Source of the DNA: Octopus vulgaris
Taxonomy: Eukaryota
Direction: 5' to 3'
Assembly (NCBI GenBank): GCA_951406725.2
Contig: OX597822.1
Coordinates: 75,702,001 to 75,766,000, forward strand
DNA: 64,000 nucleotides
How positions within the stretch are numbered: position 1 is the stretch's first letter; the number at the start of each line of letters is the position of its first letter. Under the pieces are notes generated by a model. The model did not search any database. It was not told the DNA's origin and saw nothing but the letters and a program-made list of their open reading frames with translations. Position numbers and translations under genes: made by a program. Shown here piece by piece: positions 53,850 through 64,000 of the stretch.

Positions 53850-54208
53850 TACCGCATGCAGTACCACTTCCTGGCACCTTGGGCAACATGCTTCTACCAT
53901 AGCCTCGGGCCGACCAAATCCTCGAGAGTGGATTTGGTAGACGGAAACTGAAAGCAGCTCATCGCATGTGTGTGTGTGTGTGTGTGGATGTGTTTGTGTG
54001 TGTCTTTGTGTGTATTTGTTCCCACTCCCACCGCTGTACAACCGGTCTTGGTGTGTTGACGTTCTAGTAATCAAGCGGTTCTGCAAAAAAAAAGAAAAAA
54101 AGAAAATACGTACTATGGCCGATTTCTTCGGCTAAAATTTGTTTTAAGGCGGTGCCCTTGAATGATCGGAGTCTAATGACTAAACCAAGTAAAAGATGAA
54201 AGATAAAA
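53850..54208 (+). mobile_element. SINE family A, degenerate
   Basis: ggcaccttgggcaacatgcttctaccatagcctcgggccgacc..ggatttggtagacggaaactgaaag. Confidence 0.75.
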
Positions 54209-54976
54209 GTTTAACAAAAACCGAACTACAGCGAAACCAACGAAATCATTAACGGAATGGAATATATTCTTTTGCGTTAATGTGAAATTAATGAAAATTT
54301 TAAAACTGGAATTTTTTTCAATGTGGAAACAATCTGAAGCTGGAAATATTAAAAAAATGCTGGAATAAATAATTTGTTCTAACGATAAACAAAAGACATC
54401 TTTCCAAGATATATTTAATATATAATAAAATAGTCACACCATTTCTATTTTAATACAAACTGTTGCTATCATAGACGTACACAACAAGAGATTATAAATC
54501 AACAACTCTATGCAGAAGCCACTGTAGTCGTAGTAGTGACACATCGTTTCATCTGAGTCCAATCAAACAACGTGAAATGCCAGCACAGAGGAAGATAAAA
54601 AATGAAAGATCTTTCAATTCTTAATTAGATTGATAACAAAAACACACAAAAATATAGAAAGACAAATACTAGAAAAGTACAAAATTATAGAAAACAGAAA
54701 TACTCGACAACAAAGAGCGCCTAAAACAAGAGGTCTTCGATAAATCACAAAGAATCTATTGTTATAAAAACAACGACGTTATTTTTTTTTTATATAAAAC
54801 AAACAATTCGTTTCCGACCCAAAACTGTTTTGCCAAGAACTAAACAAACATACAATAAAAAAGAATGCATCTTCGACAGGAAGAGTTGTATGGACGGTGG
54901 ATGATTGACCAGGGGTTAAAATACTGAAAATAAATACAGCTCCGAAGTAAATGTTGGTATAGGTAAGTATCCAATA

Positions 54977-55400
54977 AGGCAGCGAGCTGGCAGAAACGTT
55001 AGCACGCCGGGCGAAATGTTTAGCGGTATTTCATCTGCCGTTACGTTCTGAGCTCAAATTACGCTGAGGTCGACTTTGCCTTTTATCCTTTCGGGATCCA
55101 TAAATTAAGTACCAGTTACGCACTGGGATCGATATAATCGACTTAATCCATTTGTCTGTCCTTCCTTTCCTCTCTGTGTTTAGCCCCTTGTGGGTAGTAA
55201 AGAAATAGGTATTTCGTCTGCTGTTACGTTCTGAGTTCAAATTCCGCCGAGGTCGACTTTGCCTTTCATCCTTTCGAGGTCGATTAAATAAGTTCCAGTT
55301 ACGCACTGGGGTAGATGTAATCGACTTAATGCGTTTGTCTATCCTTGTTTGTCCCCTCTGTGTGTAGCTCCTTGTAGGCAGTAAAGAAGTAAAGAAATAA
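54977..55400 (+). mobile_element. SINE family B head-to-tail dimer with TSD
   Basis: Full unit 54977-55206 plus a 5'-truncated unit 55207-55400; flanks taggtaagtatccaa / taaggtaagtatatccaa. Confidence 0.9.
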
Positions 55401-56992
55401 GGTAAGTATATCCAAGAAGTACCCAAGGTACTGTAAAGTCCGGCCGTCTGTAAATAATGACAAGTGGTAAACGGATGGCTAAAACATGTAACAGGGTCCC
55501 ACGAGATGCTCCAAAGATATTTGACGATTTTAATGAAAATGCTTGAAATAATATCTAAGTAACTTAACTGAGGAGTAAACTTCGAGACTGTAAAGATGTC
55601 AAACGTGCCAAAATGTTCTTGCCTTTGGCACTCAAAGACTTAATTGCAAAAATCAGCAATAGCATTTGAAGGATTGAGAGCAAAATCGAACTTGGTGAGT
55701 TTCGAACTGTGAACGTAGACAGACTTTAAATAGCGCAAGGTACAACTCTGTACCAACATCGCAGATATGGGAATAAGGCTAAAAGCCTTTCAAATTTATG
55801 TCAGAAGGGTCAACTTCATAGAACTATTTGACCCTTCCTACATAAATCGGATGTTATTATACATCGCTGGTTACAATGCCTTTTGTTTCGTTATAACCTG
55901 TGATGCCACCCCGCTGGTTAGCGAGCAGGCCACAATCACACCTGATCGAATGTTAATTGGTCCATCGGACGGTTACCCAGCTACATCTGAGTGGACAGGA
56001 GTAACATGAAAGGAAATGTTCTGCTCAAGACCACAACGTGCCGCTCTAGCCGGGAATCGAACATAAGATCTAGTGATCGTGAGTGCAACATCGTAAACAC
56101 CTGGTCAGACGCCTTCACATATACTGACATACATTGTATAATTCCTTCCCTATATTTTCTTAAGTTCGAATAACGCCAATGTGCGTTCCATCTTTCATAC
56201 TTTCAAGGTCGATATATAAATACCAATTAAGTATGAAAACCAGTTTATTTGATTACATCATCCTCGAAAAAAAAATAGCAGGGATGATGTAGTTTGAAGT
56301 GAGCGTCTTGAGTTCAGGTCCGAACAAGGTCAACTTTAGCTTTCATCCTTTCAGGATTGATAAAATAAAGTATAGATTCAGCCCTGGATACATGCAATTG
56401 ACTCAAACCTCCTTCCTTGAATTTGTCGATTGTGTACCAAAGTTTGAAATCGTTCTCTATTATTAACTCTGTTATATTACTGAAACTGGATAATCAATTT
56501 TCGTTTCGCATTTGCTTATGCTACATACCAAGGCTTTTTAATTTGTTCTTAAAATTCATTTCACAACAATCCATCTAAGTCAATCTATCCAATCCATCCA
56601 AGCACATTTCGTTTAGCCTGAATATAAAGACGATATTTCCGGTGAATTACATGAGATATAAATAATATATAATCTAAATTATATTTAAAAAGTAAACCAG
56701 TTTATTCTGTGTTTCTTTTACTTCTACGTTTGAGGGAAAACACATATTCAGTTCAGTGTTGACAACAGTTATAGCTATTACGATATTTAGAAAATTCCAG
56801 ATCAATCATTATATGAATTGTGTTGACAGACTATTAAAAGGCTGCCAGCCTTTTATAATTTTTATAATTTACGGGATATGACCTCCATTTTCTCAAAACA
56901 TTGCATCATCACTTAACAGCATATCAGCAAATCATCAACTTTCAATTCTCTCTCTGTCTGTCTGTCTCACTCGCTCACCCTCTCTGACTGAC

Positions 56993-57063
<71 letters not shown>

Positions 57064-57944
57064 ATTCAGTTGTGAAAGAGAGAACGAGTGATGGAGCGTT
57101 ACAAGGAAAGAAAATGAAAGTAAGTGAGTGTGCAGGGGAAAGTTGAAAATTAATCTTTCAGTTGAGAAATTTCAATATGGAAACAAATAGCGCAGTATGC
57201 ATATTGTATTATACAAATTTGTGCATAACAGAATGAATCCAGAGATGAAATTTCAATGTAATTTTCATATGATAAGTAGATATAGAAATAAATAAAAAAA
57301 TTAACAAATGAAGACTGAATGGAGAAAGTCGTTGTAAAACAAAAAAAAAAATGGTGAAAGTGAAAAAGATGTCATAAGAAACTGGGGCGATAAATATACG
57401 AGGACAAGAAGAGAAAGTGCCTTGATAGGAAACGGTAGAAAATAAAAGGGATTAGGATACAAGAAGCCGCAGTGAATAGAATTGTGCTTTCTGATTAGCA
57501 TGTTATTAAAGCCTTCAATAGAAAAGAATTGCAAAAGCACATTCTGATGAAAATAGGCTGAAATTAGAAATTATATGAATTTTCCAGACAGTATAGGTTT
57601 TATTAATTAACTTTTTAAAAGTAAAACTTCTTTAATTCCAACTAATGAAGAAGCAGATTTCTTCATTACAATATAGATAAATGTGTGTGTGTTTGAACGC
57701 GTGCGTATGCATGTCTATTAGTACATTTAAAAAAAATTTTTTACTGATATCAGTCATTGGACTTGCGACTATGCAAGGCAGTGCACCGAAACATTTAGTC
57801 GATAATATCGAGGTCGGTAATTATTTCAGTTTGGTACTGACTTTATCAATCTGAACTGATAAAAAAAGCAGAACAATAACATTAACAGCATCGGTTTAAA
57901 TACTGTAGATACAAACACACACGTAGAGACACGTATCTACGTTT

Positions 57945-58185
57945 ACTGTCCAAAAAGAAAGCGGCCATTTTAAATAAAAATCTTTATTGCTCTACTAACA
58001 ATTTCACAGCATTAGCTTCTTCAAAATGATTCCCGCCATTATTGATACAGCTTCGTATTGTTTCACCTGGAAAAGTCTTGCAGCATTTTTCAAGGGCGGA
58101 GCAGAGTACTTTTCGAGATAATATCATTCTGAAATATTTCAGACGAGCTACACAGTCCTCGTCTAGCAGTTTCACTTGCACGACA
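57945..58185 (-). mobile_element. Tc1/mariner 3' end fragment inserted in a family A SINE (~57740-58260)
   Basis: IRSCINNGGNHFE resembles the Tc1/mariner C-terminal RxxACIxxxGGxFE motif; SINE pieces lie on both sides. Confidence 0.55.
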
Positions 58186-58323
58186 TTAGTTAGCCTGGGG
58201 CTGTAGTAGAAGACACTTGCTCAATGTAACGTGTGTTTTCACTGAGTCCGAAACGATGTACTTGTAAATCGAGCTTGTTAAACTCACTGCAATGCTTGCA
58301 TCTGTATACACGCACATACATAC

Positions 58324-58370
<47 letters not shown>

Positions 58371-58569
58371 TGTGAATGTACGTGTGTATCTATACACACA
58401 TACACATACATCAGATGAAATAAAGTTAAATCATGATCTGGTTTTCACATTTTTTATTATGGAATTATAACATAAAATTTTTTTTTTAATGTTCATAAAG
58501 TTCAATTAGCTCTATCATACGTTCTTAGGAATCATGAAATTTCAAAATGTATTTGACAGACACCTGAGT

Positions 58570-58701
58570 TCTCGAACGGACGAAAAGAGCCGCTCCACTC
58601 CTGATCGGAGGCGGCCGTATATCGCAGCCATTGCAACGCGACGAATGTACGGTGCCAAGTGGTCCCCTTTTGGTAAGCAGAACTGGTGACGTGGGATGAA
58701 C
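58570..58701 (+). pseudogene. 28S (LSU) rRNA fragment
   Basis: gtgccaagtggtccccttttggtaagcagaactggtgacgtgggatgaac matches the conserved eukaryotic LSU motif GUGGGCCAYUUUUGGUAAGCAGAACUGGCG..GGGAUGAAC; the GC-rich upstream part fits the preceding helix. Confidence 0.75.
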
Positions 58702-58941
58702 GCTCCAAGCTGAATTTTGGAATACGATTTTGACCACTCCGCATGCCGTTAAACGCCATGGTTTGCCGGTTAAATACATTTTCAAATCTGATGATTACTA
58801 CGAACGTATGAAATTGCTAATTGAACTTTATGAACATTACAAAATATTTTCTTTAATGTTAAAATAAAAAATGTGAAAACCAGACCATGTTTTAACTTTA
58901 TTCAACTGATATATTATTCTATAAACATTCAGGCAAATTCG

Positions 58942-58993
<52 letters not shown>

Positions 58994-59292
58994 TCACAAT
59001 TTAGGTTAGTTGAAACATGTTTGTCACATATTTCAACTGCTAAATGCAAATACACAGCAGTAACCATAGAGAAAAAAATCTCTCTTACGGTAAAAAGGTG
59101 TGAAAACACCCCATTCGTTCAGTGTCGCCATCTCTCGAGAATCTGAGAAATCGATGTTTCGAATTTGTTGACTCTTGTCAATCAGATGTACCTGAGAGGG
59201 GCAACCCTGTTTGACTGACAAAGCTTTTAGCTTTATAGATAACTCCAGCAACGCATCGATTTGCGCTAGTAGATGCCCCATCGAGAAAATAA

Positions 59293-59600
59293 GCTCGTGA
59301 AATTAACGTGCAAGTGGCTGAGCACTCCACATGTACGTGTACCCTTAATGTATTTCTCCGGGAGATTCATACAGTGTGTGACCCTTTGAAATACAGGTAC
59401 AACAGAAACAGGAAGAAAGAGTGAGAGAAAGTTGTGGTGAAAGAGTGCAGCAGGGTTCGCTGCCCCCACCCCTGCCAGAGCTTCGTAGAGCCTCTAGGTA
59501 TTTTCGTTCAATAAACACTCACAACGCCCGGTCAGGTAATCGAAACCGCGTCCCCATGACCGCCAGTCCGCAGTCCCAACCACTGGGCCATTGCGTCTCC
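59293..59600 (-). mobile_element. tRNA-derived SINE family C
   Basis: Minus strand ggagacgcaatggcccagtggttgggactgcggact..ggtttcgattacc; matches 31001-31397. Confidence 0.85.
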
Positions 59601-60065
59601 ACAGATATATATATATATATGGTCGTTTCACCTTTGGGAACATTAAACAGTTCACAGCGGTCATGTGAGATACTGCCGATGAAAGAAGAGAAAAAGGTGC
59701 TTTGCAAAGAAGTAAAAAATGTGGGTGTGATATATAAGCGCATAATACATTTAAGTGGTTGAGCATTTAGCTTTGGTTTTATGCATGACTCAGACCTTTT
59801 CTATCGCAATTCTTTTCTCGATAACTTCCGAACATTCATGTTAAGTTTCACTACATGAAAGAAACTCAGAATCAAAGACATCATTCCAACTCCAGAATAT
59901 GAAGATCATCCCCTACGAGTCTGAGAGATCTTGATATGGGTGTGTTATTATCGTTGTGATGATAAATATCTAATCCATGTATATAAGCACATTTTTTCTC
60001 TATGTCGATACGAATACAAACTCGTGCGATATTTCAGATCGTTTCCACCAACACAAAAACGAACG

Positions 60066-60116
<51 letters not shown>

Positions 60117-60169
60117 GTACACATTTATGTACACTTATATGATCCATGTATACTGCATATGTATTGTAA

Positions 60170-60213
<44 letters not shown>

Positions 60214-60214
60214 G

Positions 60215-60298
<84 letters not shown>

Positions 60299-60374
60299 GT
60301 AACTCCTTTATTATTTTATTCTTTTGTTTCAGTCATTTGACTGCGGCCATGCTGGAGCACCGGCTCTCTCTTAC

Positions 60375-60443
<69 letters not shown>

Positions 60444-60496
60444 ATATGTATATATATATATACATATTGATGGATGGATGGATGGGTAGATAGATA

Positions 60497-60547
<51 letters not shown>

Positions 60548-60687
60548 GTATACATACATATACACGCATGTCAAAATATACAATATTCCTTTTATGAATG
60601 GAAACTGATGAACATTCAAGTACTCATATATGAATTGCCGTATTTGCCATAGGCAACCATTGTTCAGCGCATGTATTATATGTATGA

Positions 60688-60731
<44 letters not shown>

Positions 60732-62034
60732 CACATATCTGTGCCCTGTGTGTACACAGACAGGGTACACACATTCACACACACACAATTATATATGTTC
60801 CTACATTATTGTACATACACGCTATTATATACATGCATGCATTCATACTTTAATATTAATATCAGATACACGCATATCTACGTTTGTGTAGCCGCCATTG
60901 GCAGCGTTGAAGTAGTAAGACGCCAACGTCTGAATTCATATTTTAATTTAACTGCCAACTTCGCAAGTCTTATAGAGAAGGAGATTCTGATCCTTAACTG
61001 AAAGATTTGTTCAGCGATTATTGCTTATGAGATTATCTATTTTATTGTCCAATTTATCATCATTTATAACGAAATCTTGACATTATCTTAAATTGGTCAA
61101 ACCTCCGGATGTTGCAATATTTAAGATACTCCAACCAAGTTAAGCTGCTTTCATTTTTAGTTATTTATCTAGTTATATTATTTATTTATATGTTCATGCT
61201 TAATCACCATATGAACGACTATGGAGCAGTTGAACAGAGAGTTGTATATATATATATAATATACTTCGATACGCATACACACATACATATGTGTGTATGC
61301 ATATATATGTATATGTGAATACAGATTTATTAATATATATGAACATGAATATAGTAATAAGAACTTTGAGATGGAAATTCATAAATCCTTTAATGCATTG
61401 CTAGCTTGGGTATATACCTGATATTATGCCGATCAACGTACTTTCTCTGCCTATGGCCACCTAATGTCATCCACAGTACTGATATAAATGCCACGAGATC
61501 TAACTAAGGAATTCCTCAAAGTTCAACGAGTGTATAACAAACGAAAGAAATAAAAATGGAATTCACGTATCGTTATGTGTGTATGCGTGTGTGTATAAGT
61601 GTACGTGCGTGTGTATGTATGCCTGAGTATTATGTATATACATATATATGTCAATATCTCTCTTTCTCTTTCTCTCTCTCTCTGTCTATCTATTATCTAC
61701 CTATCTATCTATGTATGTATATCACTTCTGTTTTTTAATTATTATAAAATCTTCCACTGAGGAGGTGCCAGTTTCCAACAATGATACAAGGCTCCGTCTT
61801 TGTGATGTAGTTAACATAGACAAATTCGCATTTGGAACTTGAGAAAAGTCTTACATATTTTTACTGTTCCACTCACAGATTGCACTTGTAATGTACGAAT
61901 TAGTCGGTCGATTTCTCTTTCTGAAAACCCCAGTTTATCGAGATTCTCCTTTCAGTAGTATGTATGTATGTATGTATGTATGTATGTATGTATGTATGTA
62001 TGTATGTATGTATGTATGTATGTATGTATGTATG

Positions 62035-62068
<34 letters not shown>

Positions 62069-62142
62069 TGTATGTATGTATGTGTGTATGTATGTGTGTA
62101 TGTATGTATGTATGTATGTCTCTCTCTCTTTCTCCCTATATA

Positions 62143-62197
<55 letters not shown>

Positions 62198-62454
62198 TCA
62201 TACGGCTCAAACACACATGCATATATCACATACATCTCTTCTTGTTTGCCTGTTATAGTGTTTATTTCATGAATGTTTATATAAACAAGCATTAAAACAT
62301 ACACACACAGGCATGTGTAATGTTTATCACTGACTTCCGAGAAATATACGATGACTATTTTGGCATTTCATGTGTTAATTTTTGTGCAGCTCAGTCTATA
62401 CTCTACATTCATATTATACATATATATTTGTTTGTATGGGTGTGTGTATGCGTA

Positions 62455-62703
62455 TAAATGCTGTAGTCTTTCCCCACAACTTACTCTCACACTTTCTTCC
62501 TGTTTCTGTTGTACCTGAATTTCAAAGGGCCAGCCTTGTCATACTCCGTGTTACGATGAATCCCCCCCCCCCAAGAACTACGTTAAGGGTACATGTGACT
62601 GTGGAATTCTCAGCCACTTGCACGTTAATTTCACGTTGATAGGATCAAGTTGCGTTGATCGGATCAAGTGGAACTGCCGTCCTCGTAACCGACGGAGTAC
62701 CAC
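62455..62703 (+). mobile_element. SINE family C, 5'-truncated
   Basis: cacaacttactctcacactttcttcctgtttctgttgtacc..cgtaaccgacggagt. Confidence 0.8.
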
Positions 62704-62857
62704 GATGTATTGTAACGTTGAGGTCCCGTGTCCAGCAAAGACGGTAACAGAATATATCTTGCATAAGGTTACACATGAGAAGAAGTGCAAAATAACTGTT
62801 ATTGCTGTTTTCCTGCATAAGTTTTGAATATATGTTATGTGACACTAAATAGAAACG

Positions 62858-63010
62858 ATTCCGCCGAAGTCGAATTTGCTTTTCATCCTTCCGGGGTCGA
62901 TAAATTAAGTACCAGTTACGCACTGGGTCGATGTAATCGACTTAATCCCTTTGTCTGTCCTTGTTTGTCCTCTCTGTGTTTAGCACCTTGTGGGCAATAA
63001 AAATATAAGA
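62858..63010 (+). mobile_element. SINE family B, 5'-truncated
   Basis: ttccgccgaagtcgaatttgcttttcatcc..; flanked by duplicated agaaacgatt. Confidence 0.85.
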
Positions 63011-63788
63011 AACGATTTCAGTGTGAAATTGTGTGCAGATACTTGAAACAAAATCTGCACACTACACAGTCAATAATCCGTACCAATATTCTTGCTTGGA
63101 GTACTAGAAAGTTTATATCTCACTTTGAAGGAGTGCTACCGTCATGGAATTCAGAACCAAGAATCCCTCTACCAATGTACTATTTACTATAGCAACACAT
63201 ATTAACTAACACCAGATAAAGAATGTAAAATACAAAACCGATGACCCTTGACACATTATTGTTAACAGCGAGAAAATATATTCGAGCAAATACCTTGGCA
63301 AGAACCATGACCATAGTAGACAGCACGATCTGGAATGCCAATATAATTTCATACATAGGCATAAGGATGATGGGAGCAATTGATTTTATCAAATCCACTA
63401 CTTGACTGGTTGTTCACTTTATCGACTTTGGAAAGATGAAACGCAAAGTTAACTTCGATGTTCTCAGAATGTCAAGAGCTGCTTAATACCGCAGGGCTAT
63501 TCGTCCAAATCTGTAACAGTTCTGTCAATTTACCAATACAGATGCGCTGAAGCTAATGGATCATCAGAATATTTATGGAAACATAAAACCAGCAATGGAA
63601 TTGAGCACACGATCTGATATTCTCAACTTCCGCACACACACCAAAAGCTTACATCCACACTTTCGTGTGCGTACACACGCATACTTACGTGCACATAAAT
63701 TATCACTTCTTGATCCAAGCTTTCTATTGGTATCAAAAATGCACATTCAACATTCTATAAATTAAAATGGGAGCAACAGAATATGCAG

Positions 63789-64000
63789 CTGTTGTGTCTG
63801 GGTGAGTCATTTTCTTTTTGTGCCTTATAATTTAACAGAGTCACCGGTAAAATTTCCACTTAAAATAAGAAATAAGTGAAAATTTTACCGGTGAGTGTGT
63901 TAAATTATAAGGTACAAAAAGAAAATGACTCTCCCCAGACACAACAGAATATGCTTCAACAAACGAACTCATATAACGAATCTTGCAAACCAAATCCAAA
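63789..64000. repeat. Palindrome (63789-63947) of the same family as 4671-4975, running off the window
   Basis: ctgttgtgtctgggtgagtcattttctttttgtgccttataatttaaca pairs with tgttaaattataaggtacaaaaagaaaatgactctccccagacacaacag. Confidence 0.85.

Overview
AT-rich, intergenic or intronic eukaryotic DNA with no intact host protein-coding ORF. The (TA)n/(CA)n/(ATGT)n microsatellite load and the tRNA-derived SINE families suggest a cephalopod (Octopus-like) genome; this is inferred from recalled SINE sequences, not from a search. Nearly all long ORFs in the track are microsatellite artefacts. Recognisable content: more than 25 copies of several tRNA-derived SINE families (some nested, with TSDs), RTE-derived non-autonomous elements, CR1-like, Jockey/L2-like and RTE-like LINE remnants, several Tc1/mariner relics, a Penelope-type GIY-YIG remnant and a short 28S rRNA fragment. 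The Tc1/mariner relics include a near-intact DD34D mariner nested in another mariner inside a LINE, and a Tc1 transposase split by a GT-AG intron. The main unexplained structure is a series of long DNA palindromes (130-900 bp) in or next to (TA)n tracts. Most carry minimal type-I hammerhead ribozyme motifs with palindromic loop 3. Two stand-alone motifs look intact: a canonical one at 34163-34210 (-) and a U3-A8 compensatory variant at 8020-8057 (+). Two candidate micro-exons (19054-19083, 19373-19389) may belong to a host gene on the + strand. Coordinates of degenerate repeats are approximate.
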